Origin: a virus | Lineage: Duplodnaviria; Caudoviricetes | Length of the DNA stretch: 27,762 nt | Strand: one strand, 5' to 3' | IMG/VR virus record: IMGVR_UViG_3300037524_001804 | Span: 1 to 27,762 of that record | Position numbers and translations under genes: made by a program | Part shown: piece after piece, positions 18,484-27,168 of the stretch | Numbering within the stretch: position 1 is the first letter of the stretch | Layout: every line of letters starts with the position of its first letter | Notes under the pieces: generated by a model | Databases searched by the model: none | Seen by the model: only the letters and a program-made list of their open reading frames with translations | Told to the model about the DNA's origin: nothing

Positions 18484-19143
18484 TCATGACAGCCACTGCC
18501 CAACAAGTCGAGAAACTTCTTCAATCATCGACGCTACATCTTCCTTGGTGAACGCCGCGTGGTCACCGTGTGCGGCACTGTTTCGAATGGCAGCCAGCGA
18601 TGTGACGCGCTTCTGGACAAGCGAGTTGTATTGACCGGCCTTTGCGAGGTCGGCGTTCATCTTGTCCAGTTTTCCAATCTGTAGCCCTCGACTCAGGACG
18701 AGCTGTCGCAAAGTTGTCTCGAGGACAATGCCAGCTACTACCGCCGCCGCCGGGTAGTAGCCCGCGGAGAGGAGTTCTCTCGCTTGTTCAAGCTCGGTGT
18801 CAAAAACCTCTGCCTGCACCAAATTCCGGACTGACGCAAGATATCCGCCCTCGCAGTCTTCCCTCGCGGCGCCGAACACAGCTTGCGTGCGCAAGAAGAC
18901 CTTTAGATTACCCGACCACGACTGGTAGTTCTCGGCATCCACGAAGGCCTTGTAGTGCTCTGACTCTTGTCCGCAAACGGAGACCAGAAGACTTTTCGCC
19001 TTGACGCACCAAGCGAGAAACTGTGCGCAATCGACGTTCTCATCTGTCCCGCCATTGAAGTCACGGCTCACAGTCCTTGTCTTGGCCAGTTCGGAGGCTT
19101 GAGCGTCGAGTTCCGCAAATCGTTTGCGGATGAGCTGGGTCAT
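18484..19143 (-). CDS. DUF4145/HEPN-domain protein (cassette gene)
   Basis: ELEQARELL..GY..AAAVVAGIVLETTLRQL and RNSAAH (Rx4H); AGGA RBS just after the attC core. Confidence 0.85.
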   Translation of the reverse strand: MTQLIRKRFAELDAQASELAKTRTVSRDFNGGTDENVDCAQFLAWCVKAKSLLVSVCGQESEHYKAFVDAENYQSWSGNLKVFLRTQAVFGAAREDCEGGYLASVRNLVQAEVFDTELEQARELLSAGYYPAAAVVAGIVLETTLRQLVLSRGLQIGKLDKMNADLAKAGQYNSLVQKRVTSLAAIRNSAAHGDHAAFTKEDVASMIEEVSRLVGQWLS

Positions 19144-19158
19144 GGCGGATCCTATGAG

Positions 19159-19237
19159 GCCTAACGCTGGCGCTCAGGGGGCGGCAACAGCAAGTGCAGC
19201 GCTGCCGTGGTGGCTCCCCTGCAGCGCCTTGTTGGAC
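19159..19237 (-). repeat. attC site (79 bp)
   Basis: GTCCAAC-AA-GGCGCT[G]CAGGGG...CCCCTGAGCGCC-AGC-GTTAGGC: canonical RYYYAAC and GTTRRRY ends, 12-bp stem with one extrahelical base. Confidence 0.9.
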
Positions 19238-19249
19238 GCCAGCCGCGCC

Positions 19250-19783
19250 TCAAAGGACCCCTTTGTCCTCAAGGGCTCTCTCAAGAAACTCGTGTCCAAG
19301 GGTGAGTTGCATTGGCCGCGTTTTCGATGATAGGCTCGGAAACAACTTTCTCGCCTGTTGTACTGGCTCCGTGTCGGAACCGATCTTATCTGGATACAAC
19401 GCGAGATACCAGATTTGAAAGGCCTGAATCGGCAGTGACAGCGGGTGGCCAATGCCTCCGCACTCTAACGAAGCAAGGAATATTAGGTGATCATTCTCCT
19501 CCTCATCGAAGGTAAGACTCGAACCCGCATCTCTGTTCGCGTGCTTGAGGTATTTCTGAGCCGCATTAATAATTTGGAGCGCATCATTTCGGCCTGAGTC
19601 CTCAATAATCTTCGTTCGCCACGACGCGCCAAGCTTCTGGTTCTCCGCAAGGTCGGCCAAGATGCCGTAGGCGGCTGCCGCGAGGGTCCGCACAGCCAAG
19701 GGGTCGCCGTCAGTGAACAGTAGTCCGATACACACATCGAGTTGTCTAACTGCCGCATCAGGTTTCGAGCACGTGACGTTCAT
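19250..19783 (-). CDS. hypothetical protein (177 aa, cassette gene)
   Basis: ATG 3 nt after the attC core GTTGGGC; helical protein SKPDAAVRQL...DPLAVRTLAAAA...KYLKHA. Confidence 0.75.
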   Translation of the reverse strand: MNVTCSKPDAAVRQLDVCIGLLFTDGDPLAVRTLAAAAYGILADLAENQKLGASWRTKIIEDSGRNDALQIINAAQKYLKHANRDAGSSLTFDEEENDHLIFLASLECGGIGHPLSLPIQAFQIWYLALYPDKIGSDTEPVQQARKLFPSLSSKTRPMQLTLGHEFLERALEDKGVL

Positions 19784-19786
19784 GTC

Positions 19787-19864
19787 GCCCAACGCCGAAA
19801 ATCAGCCGCCGACTTGCCGTTGGGAAGCGACGGCAACATGGTCGGTTGGAGTGCCTGGTTGCGT
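19787..19864 (-). repeat. attC site (78 bp)
   Basis: ACGCAAC-CAGGC-ACTCCAACCG...TTGCCGT/ACGGCAA inner stem...CGGCTGATT-TTCGGC-GTTGGGC. Confidence 0.75.
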
Positions 19865-19874
19865 GTCGTTGCGT

Positions 19875-20486
19875 CTACTTACTGGTTTGTATTTCATAGG
19901 TCCTAATTTCAATTTCTTTCTCTACCAGCGCGCCGTCTCGGTCAATCTTGAAGAGGGGTTTATGTCCTTGATACTTATCGAGCAGCTGATAGAAATGCTC
20001 TACAGCCTGAATCGAATCTCCGCCTATAGATAGGATGATGTCTCCTGGTAGAACATCCGCACCGAACGCCGGAGTGTTTTCCGTGACGACTTGGACAGAA
20101 ATGCCAGCGTTAGTCTGTATGCGCCTCCGCGCTGCATCACTCACGGCTGCCGGAAATATGCCCAGGCGACTTTTCGTCTTTATGAAGAAGCGCGCTCCAA
20201 AATCAGACCGCGCTACCGAATACGGCATCATCACGGTTTGAGAACCATAGGTAGTTGCAGTGCCGCTGCCATAGGCATTTACGGTGCCCCCCGATCCGTA
20301 AGCAGTAGCTGTGCCGGACGAGTAGGAAGTAGTAGTTTGCGGAATACTTAGCGGAACTGCGCCTGCGACTGTATGTGTGTATTGGGATGCGACTAGAACA
20401 ACATGCGCACCTATTTTTGTCGCTTGCTCTCTGAGTTGCACTTCACTAACCGAGTTGGAGCCTGCGCTAAATGAAGACTGCCCAAA
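19875..20486 (-). pseudogene. 5'-truncated PDZ-domain (lipo)protein cassette gene
   Basis: C-terminal PDZ (GISVQVVTENTPAFGADVLPGDIILSIGG). The frame stays open upstream of the GTG at 20441 (GQSSFSAGSNSVSE) up to the portal junction, with no ATG or signal peptide. Confidence 0.65.
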
Positions 20487-20512
20487 ATGAGAGAGGCCTG
20501 ACTCGCCTGCGT

Positions 20513-22092
20513 TCAGGGTTCCGGCAATCCTGGGTCGGACGGTGCAGGTTCGGTCGTGCGCGTCTTCTTCGCCGGACCTTCTTCGATCCCCGCCTCGCGC
20601 CGCATTGTGACCTCCTTCACCCGCTGCGCGTGTTTGGTCTCCCAGTCCACGCCATCGTGCAGGATCGATTCGGCGGCCAGCGTGCTGATTCCGAGCGCCA
20701 CGCGCCGCTCAGCGGCGCGGACTTCCTTCTCCGGATCGATGCTGCCGGGACCGTCGCCGATCCAGTTGGCTGAACAGTACGCCGCGCGGAGATCCGGATT
20801 CGTGAAGAACCCCGGCGCGTTGATACGCCCATTGGCCACTTCCCACGCCAGCCATTCCTCATAGATCGGCTGGCAGAACTGCGCCGCCAGCATTTCTCTT
20901 CGAACCCGGAACACCCGCCAGGCATCCAGCAGCGCGGCGCGGCTGGCCGAATAGCTGGACGTGAAGTGCTTGATCAGCACCTCGAACGGCAAACCGAGGC
21001 GAGCTCCGATCTGACGAACGATGGCCTGAACGAACGGATCGAACGCGCTGTTGGGACGCCCCGGGTTGCTCGAATCGATCGATTCGCCGGGCAACAAATT
21101 GACCGCTTTGCCGGGTCCTGAGAGCGATCCAGTCGGGAAGTTGCCGTCCCAGGACTTGGCGGCGTTCAGGTAGTCATCCGACGATTCGCCGAACAGGTCC
21201 TGGAACGCATTGGGGTCCATTTTGATGAACATGGCAAACGCGCCGGAGATCACCGCCGATTGCAGTTCCGCTTCGGTGTACCGCTGCAACTGCTTCAGGT
21301 GTTCCATCACCGGAGCCAAGACCGGCACCCCACGGGTCTGGCCGGGGCGCAGCCGATCGAAGAGATGAATCACGTTGCGCCGGCCCGTGTGTCCGTAAGC
21401 AGGGATCACGTCCCATTCGGTCGGCCCGATGGTCTGTGTTCGTGACCCGGATGGCTGCGGCAGATGTGGTAGGCGACGGGCGCGCCGTAGCGATCCATCT
21501 GCACGCCGGCGACGAGTTGGGCGGAATCGCCCTCGTTGTCCCGGTTGCAGATCCGATCCGCTTCGATCAACTGGATGGCGATCAGCTCACGCCCATCGAT
21601 CGTGGTGCCGGTGACCAAGCCAAAGGCATCGCCCGACAACAGCATCGAGCGGAACGCCAGGTCCTGCAGCAGGTAGAAGTTCAGCGTCCGGGTGATGTCG
21701 CAGTCGGTCGATTCCGCCCAGAGGCGCCAACGGCGCATCAGGACTTTCTTCCACTGCTCGGCCTTGTCTTCGGTCCAGCCCAAGCCTTCGATATCGATCG
21801 CAGGCTGGAGCGAGAGACCGGTCCCGACGACATGCGTCGCCATCGAGTTGATCGCGGCGCCGGCAAGCGGGGCGTTCCGGTAAAGATCCTGGCTGCGCGA
21901 GCGCAGCATCGGCAGATCCACTGACAGATCCGCATCGGCATCGGTCGCTGCCGGTCGCCAGCCGGCCAGAGCCGGACGCGTCAGCGACGCGCCTGACCAA
22001 CCGTTATAGAACGCCAGCGCATTCCGGGCCCGTTGTCGTTGCAGCGCCCAGGACGGCGAGATAGCGGCGATGGTTCGATCGATCAGATTCAT
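20513..22092 (-). pseudogene. phage portal protein (lambda gpB family) split by a 1-bp frameshift near 21446
   Basis: 5' ORF: LRSRSQDLYRN, IQLIEADR, PVAYHI..HPG. 3' ORF: RPGQTRGVP, SYSASRAALL, IDPEKE. Adding one base gives about 526 aa. Confidence 0.9.
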
Positions 22093-22093
22093 C

Positions 22094-22321
22094 TCAGAAC
22101 CTCGGTGCGACGTTGACGGCTCGTCCCCGTCGGCGCGCTTCGATCCGAGCTACGGTCACCCGCTGATTCCAGATGTCGATGCCGCGCTGGATCTCGGCGA
22201 GATTAGCCAGGGTGAGCCTTCGGCCGTTCATCTCGACGACCAGGCCTGCCAGCACTTTCGCTTCGGCGTTGAGGTAGTCCTGCAGCCGGGCTTCCGCCTG
22301 TTCCAGGGTGATGGCACTCAT
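22094..22321 (-). CDS. gpW-like head-tail joining protein (DUF6148-like, 75 aa)
   Basis: MSAITLEQAEARLQDYLNAEAKVLAG...GRRLTLANLAEIQRGI; directly before the portal; ATGA overlap with the upstream gene. Confidence 0.85.
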   Translation of the reverse strand: MSAITLEQAEARLQDYLNAEAKVLAGLVVEMNGRRLTLANLAEIQRGIDIWNQRVTVARIEARRRGRAVNVAPRF

Positions 22322-22596
22322 CGGTGATCCCTTCGCTTCAAGAGTCGGTACACGGTCGTCCGGTCGATCCCGAGTGCCGCACTCACCTGCCGCACCGGAA
22401 CGCCGTTCTGCCAGGCCTTGATCGCCGCTTCCTGGCGAGCATGCCGGTCTGGATTGTGCGCCACATAAATCTGGTTCCCACCCCACTGGGCCCGGACCTC
22501 CGCTTCAATCTGGCAGGCGCACTCGATCGGAATCTCCGGATTCGCCACCATGAACCGGTCGATGATGTCGCGGACGAGATCGGTTTCAGCGGCCAC
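22318..22596 (-). CDS. HTH protein, Mor-like (about 92 aa)
   Basis: EVRAQWGGNQIYV followed by HTH VRQVSAALGIDRTTVYRLL; GTG start overlaps the terL stop. Confidence 0.75.
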   Translation of the reverse strand: MAAETDLVRDIIDRFMVANPEIPIECACQIEAEVRAQWGGNQIYVAHNPDRHARQEAAIKAWQNGVPVRQVSAALGIDRTTVYRLLKRRDHR

Positions 22597-24562
22597 GGGC
22601 CCACCCCCTGAGATTGACACCTCCCAGCGCGGGCGACTTCGGCGGCGGATTCGTCGCTGGTGTTTTCGGAACAGCGTGCGAAAGGATCGGCTCAGCCTCC
22701 GATAACCGCGCCTCTGTGGACGTCTGCCGTGCCATGCTGGCGGCCGCCACTGCCCTGCTCTCGTCGTTCTTCCGCATCATCGTCCCCTGTAACTTCAGCC
22801 CCGCCTGCTTCAAGCCTTCCAGCGCCGCGGCTGCATACACCAGACAGTCCAGCGCTTCGTTGCGAACGCCGGAGACCCGCTTCCAGATGCGCTCGGCCCC
22901 GCCGCGGGTGTTGCGTTTGATCACCCGCCGCTCGGCGCACAGCTGCTCGAAGTAGTCCTCGCGGAGGTCTTCTGCGAAAGCGATGTGCCGCGGCAGAGTG
23001 GGGTCCTTCACTGCGAACGCGGCGCGCAGTGAGTCTTTAATCGTGTCGACGCCGATCACGAACACCCGCCCGCCGCGGTGGGTGCGTGACTTGGTCTGCT
23101 TCGGCGGCCAGGCGGGATGGGATCCCTGCCGGCCTTTGATGGCCCAGATCTTCCGCGCATGGCGCACCTTGCAGAAGTCGTAAGCGGCTTGGGTGTGATG
23201 ACCGCCCGAGTCAATGCAGGCGGCGCGGAGTTTCAGGGTGCGTCCGTCCTGGGTGGTGTGGATTTCCCTGAGCCATTCGTCCAGATCCAGCCAGACCTGC
23301 TCTTCGCCTGGTGGTCCCCACAACACGTTGTGATTCAAAACATAGGCCCGCTGGCCGCAGGACCAACCCACGAGCGTTGCCTCCAGCCGGTTGTCTTGGA
23401 CGTCGATCCCGGCAGTCAGGACCAGCACATCGCTCGGAATGGATTCCCAGGCCTGTTTCCGTTTGGCCAACGTTTGCGCATCTGCCGTTTCCCCTTCGCG
23501 GTCTTCCCAGCATTCCCCGAGCTTGGTATTGATGAACGACTTCAGCCGTTCCGGGAAATCCTTCGCCGCCAGGAACTCCCGCGCGGCATCCGACCACGAG
23601 TACCATCCCGGCGGGGAGTAGAGACTCGATAGATGGAAGCCGATGACACCCGGCGTGGAGTGGGCCGGCGCGGTAGCCACCCACTCGCCCTGCTCCAGCA
23701 TCCAGGCCTTATGGCGTTCGTGGATCAAGACGCCGCAGTCGCTGCAGGCGAGGCTCGCCGTCTCGGGTTTTCCCTCATCCCAAACGATCCGCTCCCACTT
23801 GATGACTTGTTTCGTGCCGCACTCGGGACAGGGCACGTGGTAATACCGCTGATCGGTCCGTTCAAACGCCGCCCAGATCCGGCTGATGCCGGTGATCGTT
23901 GGCGTCGAGCAGAGATAGATCTTCCGGTTCCGCTTGAACGTGCTGGTCCGGGCAATCGCCAGTTCCACTGGATCACCCTCGCCTTCGACATCGCCGGGAT
24001 AGGCATCCACCTCATCCAGGAATAAGTAGCGCGCCGGCATCGAGCGCAGGCCCGTCGCACTGTTCGCGCCGGTCATCACCAGCATGCCGCCGGGGAAGTC
24101 TTTGGCGAAGAGCGTGTTCCCGGCATCCCGCGCGCGGGAGGGTGCGATCCGCTCGGAGAGGACAGGAGTGGCATCGATCATCGGCTGGATGCGCTGCTTG
24201 GACATGCGCTTGACCATCTCGACCGTGGGCTGGACCAACAGCATCGGTGCCGGGGCATGGTGAATGGCGTAGGACAGCCAGTTGTTCCCCGCTTCACTCG
24301 CGCCGATCTGGCTGCCCTTAGCGAACACCACGGTGTGATACGGGCTGCCTGTGGCCAGCGCATCCATGATGGCCCGGAGATACGGCGTCCTCGAGGTGCG
24401 CCAGGGACCGGGCTCCGCCGAGCCTTTCGCTGGAAGAATCCGATGCCGGTCGGCCCATTCCGAGACCAGCAGCACCGGTTCTGGGGTCAACGCATCCTGG
24501 ATCGCGCGCTGAATGCGGGCGATGGGATCGTTTTTGGGGGCCGTTCTAATTGCCATACCCAT
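22586..24562 (-). CDS. terminase large subunit (lambda gpA family)
   Basis: EPGPWRTSRTPYL, Walker A KGSQIGASE, Walker B LFLDEVD, STPT, CPECG, GIDVQ, NEALDC; start 24562 or 24556 overlapping terS. Confidence 0.95.
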   Translation of the reverse strand: MGMAIRTAPKNDPIARIQRAIQDALTPEPVLLVSEWADRHRILPAKGSAEPGPWRTSRTPYLRAIMDALATGSPYHTVVFAKGSQIGASEAGNNWLSYAIHHAPAPMLLVQPTVEMVKRMSKQRIQPMIDATPVLSERIAPSRARDAGNTLFAKDFPGGMLVMTGANSATGLRSMPARYLFLDEVDAYPGDVEGEGDPVELAIARTSTFKRNRKIYLCSTPTITGISRIWAAFERTDQRYYHVPCPECGTKQVIKWERIVWDEGKPETASLACSDCGVLIHERHKAWMLEQGEWVATAPAHSTPGVIGFHLSSLYSPPGWYSWSDAAREFLAAKDFPERLKSFINTKLGECWEDREGETADAQTLAKRKQAWESIPSDVLVLTAGIDVQDNRLEATLVGWSCGQRAYVLNHNVLWGPPGEEQVWLDLDEWLREIHTTQDGRTLKLRAACIDSGGHHTQAAYDFCKVRHARKIWAIKGRQGSHPAWPPKQTKSRTHRGGRVFVIGVDTIKDSLRAAFAVKDPTLPRHIAFAEDLREDYFEQLCAERRVIKRNTRGGAERIWKRVSGVRNEALDCLVYAAAALEGLKQAGLKLQGTMMRKNDESRAVAAASMARQTSTEARLSEAEPILSHAVPKTPATNPPPKSPALGGVNLRGWARGR

Positions 24563-24926
24563 GGAATCCCGCGTCAACGATGTGCTGGAGGGCATCCCGG
24601 ATCTCGCGATCCAGTATCCGTTCGATCTTTCTCGCGTCCGACTCGGCGGCAAACACATCGGCGTAGCGTCCGGAGATTCCAAGCAGGTGTTCCTTGCAGG
24701 CCCGAGCTGCCTGGTCCACGACACGGATCACTTCGTCCACCGAGATCAACGCCCCGCTGATCTGCTTCAGTTCCAGGTCCGCCTTCTTGGCGGCGAGCAC
24801 CTCCTTCTGCGCCCTGGCCTTCACCATCAGCAGGTACGCATCGGTCTTTTCGGCGTCGGGTTTCCGGCCCGCACCCAGCCTGGCACCACCCCGGCCCGAG
24901 ACGAAAGGCCCCTGTTCGTCGGTCAT
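24546..24926 (-). CDS. terminase small subunit (Nu1-like)
   Basis: Y...KARAQKEVLAAKKADLELKQISGALISVDEV coiled coil; lies between cos and terL; N-terminal RGGARLGAGRKP. Confidence 0.8.
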   Translation of the reverse strand: MTDEQGPFVSGRGGARLGAGRKPDAEKTDAYLLMVKARAQKEVLAAKKADLELKQISGALISVDEVIRVVDQAARACKEHLLGISGRYADVFAAESDARKIERILDREIRDALQHIVDAGFHGYGN

Positions 24927-24964
24927 TGCTCATTGAAAAAATTCAAACATTCCGCCAGACGCTA

Positions 24965-25017
24965 GACGAAAGCCGCGCGGCGCGTTCCCCGCCGACACAA
25001 TCGCGTCACAGGACCCG
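24965..25017 (-). promoter_or_regulatory. lambda-like cos site (cosQ plus cosN)
   Basis: Minus strand GGGTCCT (identical to lambda cosQ), 21 nt, then GGGAACGCGCCG-CGCGG-CTTTCG versus lambda GGGCGGCGACCT-CGCGG-GTTTTCG; directly upstream of terS. Confidence 0.75.
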
Positions 25018-25152
25018 TGATTGTTTCTCTCAGAACAACAATCATTCGAACGCGAATCTGCGCGCTCTGTCGCATTCCTGATGCTTCTTCCACTTGGAAT
25101 AAGCGAACGCTTATGGATGAATGGTCCCACGATCCACCACCGGAAGAAGACG

Positions 25153-25335
25153 ATGAACACCGAAACCCAAGCCCAAGCCCGCGCCGAATACCGCGTGCTG
25201 AACCGCGCACAGAAAACGATCCGCGAAAACTTCATGGCGGGTGACATGAGCGGGTTCGAGACACACGAGGACCTGTATCGGGCGCTTCGTGCCATGGAAG
25301 CCCGGATGTTTGAGATCACCGCGCTGTTTGCTTGA
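25153..25335 (+). CDS. small hypothetical protein (60 aa)
   Basis: ATG at 25153 after a purine-rich GGAAGAAG; host-like codon usage; first of a tight plus-strand run. Confidence 0.65.
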   Translation: MNTETQAQARAEYRVLNRAQKTIRENFMAGDMSGFETHEDLYRALRAMEARMFEITALFA

Positions 25336-25347
25336 GGGAGAGCACCG

Positions 25348-25605
25348 ATGAACGCCGACACCACCGAACTCGCCAGCGACCTGGCCGAGATCCACGAGCA
25401 GGTGACGGAGTTGCTGCAGCAGGCTGAACGCTTGCTGCGCGGTGCGCCGCATCTGACCTACCAGCGCGCGCATGGCTACTGGCTGGCGCAGATCACGATG
25501 GCCCTGTCCGACGACCACGACTACCTCGGCCGCGGCACGGTCACGATGCAGGACACGATCCGTGAGCTGGAAAACGACCGGATCGAAGCCGGCGACGAGG
25601 CGTGA
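25348..25605 (+). CDS. small hypothetical protein (85 aa)
   Basis: GGGAG RBS, good codon usage, operon spacing. Confidence 0.75.
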   Translation: MNADTTELASDLAEIHEQVTELLQQAERLLRGAPHLTYQRAHGYWLAQITMALSDDHDYLGRGTVTMQDTIRELENDRIEAGDEA

Positions 25606-25611
25606 GCCGCG

Positions 25612-25803
25612 ATGAAGAACATCGACGCCCTGCTGACCCGCATCGCCCAAGAGGAACTCCTGATCGAGACGCTGGAAACCCGTTTCTCGGATCGGCTGGA
25701 CTTCCACGATCTGGCGGTCTGGCAACTCCGCGAAGCGCTGAAAGCGGCTTACGAAGCCGGACGCGAGTCGGCAGAAAAGAGAACGAAGCGGACTCAACAA
25801 TGA
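25612..25803 (+). CDS. DUF6900-family protein
   Basis: IETLETRFSDRLDFHDLAVWQLREALKAAYEAGR signature. Confidence 0.8.
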   Translation: MKNIDALLTRIAQEELLIETLETRFSDRLDFHDLAVWQLREALKAAYEAGRESAEKRTKRTQQ

Positions 25804-25824
25804 GTTCGTAAACGGAGAACACAG

Positions 25825-26184
25825 ATGACCACCCCAACAATCCCGACCACGATGAATGAAGCCCACGGCTTCTACGGCACGATGCGCGAGCACGCTGACG
25901 CAGCGTGGAAGATCGCCCTGCCGGCGATTGCCAATGCGACTGCGACCGAGTTCGAGGCGGTACGCCTCTTTCTCGACAGCCGGCACGGACGGCACTTCGT
26001 TGATGAGGTTTGCAACCAGATGCTCGACGGATTGGCGCTTGAGCCCGCCATCCACGCCGCCATCGAGCGCTGGATGGGCTGGACGATCGGGCGAACGATT
26101 TCCCGCGATTACGGCATCCCGCGCGGACTGCCCTATCTCACAGGGTTTGTCGCCCACTGCGAGATCGTTAACGAGCTGACCTGA
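25825..26184 (+). CDS. conserved prophage hypothetical protein (119 aa)
   Basis: GGAG RBS; FLDSRHGRHF and YGIPRGLPYLTGFV blocks, which I recall from DUF3489/DUF6900 clusters. Confidence 0.8.
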   Translation: MTTPTIPTTMNEAHGFYGTMREHADAAWKIALPAIANATATEFEAVRLFLDSRHGRHFVDEVCNQMLDGLALEPAIHAAIERWMGWTIGRTISRDYGIPRGLPYLTGFVAHCEIVNELT

Positions 26185-26208
26185 ACCCACCCACCCAAGG
26201 ACACGACC

Positions 26209-26766
26209 ATGACCATCAAACTCACCGACACCCAGCGCGCCCTGCTCCACAGCGCGGTGCACACCAACGAGGGACGCATCACGTCCGATCTCATCAAGAC
26301 GGCCATCCCGCATGTCCGGGGCGGTGCTGCGAGCCGCGTCATCACCGCGCTCGGAAGCCAGGGACTGGTCGCTTATGACGACGAGGGATGCTACGTCACC
26401 AGCGAAGGACAACGTGCCCTCTCCCCGGATCTGCCCTGCACCCAAGTCCATGGCTTCGGCAACGCTTGTCCCGAGTGCGCGATCGATCCCGACGCGGAGG
26501 TCGGCAGCGACCCGAGCGAGCCGACGACGGACAGCGCGCCACCCCGCGAACGGCGCACGCCTGAGAACACCAAGCAGGCCGAGGTGATCCGGATGCTGCA
26601 GCGTCCCGAGGGCGCGACGATCGCGCAGATTGCCGCCGAGACCGGATGGTTGCAGCATACGGTCAGAGGGTTCTTCGCCGGAGCCCTGAAGAAGCGCGGC
26701 ATCCGGCTGGCGTCGACCAGGACCTCTGGTGGACGCATCTACAGAATCGATCGCACCTCCTCCTGA
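26209..26766 (+). CDS. DUF3489-domain protein (wHTH)
   Basis: TKQAEVIRMLQRPEGATIAQIAAETGWLQHTVRGFFAGALKKR; AAGGA RBS. Confidence 0.88.
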   Translation: MTIKLTDTQRALLHSAVHTNEGRITSDLIKTAIPHVRGGAASRVITALGSQGLVAYDDEGCYVTSEGQRALSPDLPCTQVHGFGNACPECAIDPDAEVGSDPSEPTTDSAPPRERRTPENTKQAEVIRMLQRPEGATIAQIAAETGWLQHTVRGFFAGALKKRGIRLASTRTSGGRIYRIDRTSS

Positions 26767-26783
26767 CTCGCCTCCCATTGACC

Positions 26784-26818
26784 GAAGGCCACCCCACTCG
26801 TGTGGGTGGCTTTCTTCT
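26784..26818 (+). terminator. intrinsic terminator
   Basis: GCCACCC (26788-26794) pairs with GGGTGGC (26804-26810), followed by TTTCTTCT. Confidence 0.7.
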
Positions 26819-26842
26819 ATGTTCGGCGCTAACCCTATACGC

Positions 26843-26871
26843 TTGTCGTTATTAACGGGCTCCGTTAATAT
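26843..26871 (+). promoter_or_regulatory. higBA promoter with palindromic operator
   Basis: -35 TTGTCG, 17 bp, -10 TAATAT; perfect inverted repeat TATTAACGG-gct-CCGTTAATA (26850-26870). Confidence 0.8.
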
Positions 26872-26877
26872 GGTCCC

Positions 26878-27159
26878 ATGATCACGTCCTTTCGCGACGA
26901 GCCCACTGAGGCGATCTGGCGGGGCCAGTTCACCAAGAAGCTGCCCAACCAGATCCAGGCCATCGCACGACGCAAGTTGCGAATGGTCAATGCCGCCCAA
27001 TCGCTGAGTGACTTGCGGATCCCGCCGGCCAACCGGCTCGAAGCGTTGGCGGGAGATCGGTCCGGTCAACACAGCATCCGCATCAACGACCAATGGCGGA
27101 TCTGCTTTATTTGGGTCAACGGCAACGCCGAAAACGTGGAAATCTGCGACTACCACTGA
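26878..27159 (+). CDS. higB: HigB toxin (RelE/ParE superfamily)
   Basis: MITSFRD...LRIPPANRLEALAGDRSGQHSIRINDQWRICF...DYH. Confidence 0.93.
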   Translation: MITSFRDEPTEAIWRGQFTKKLPNQIQAIARRKLRMVNAAQSLSDLRIPPANRLEALAGDRSGQHSIRINDQWRICFIWVNGNAENVEICDYH

Positions 27160-27168
27160 GAGGGCTTT

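Noticed and set aside
24563-24724. N-terminal extension of TerL in the ORF track
   Set aside because: It lies inside terS; the probable start is 24562 or 24556.
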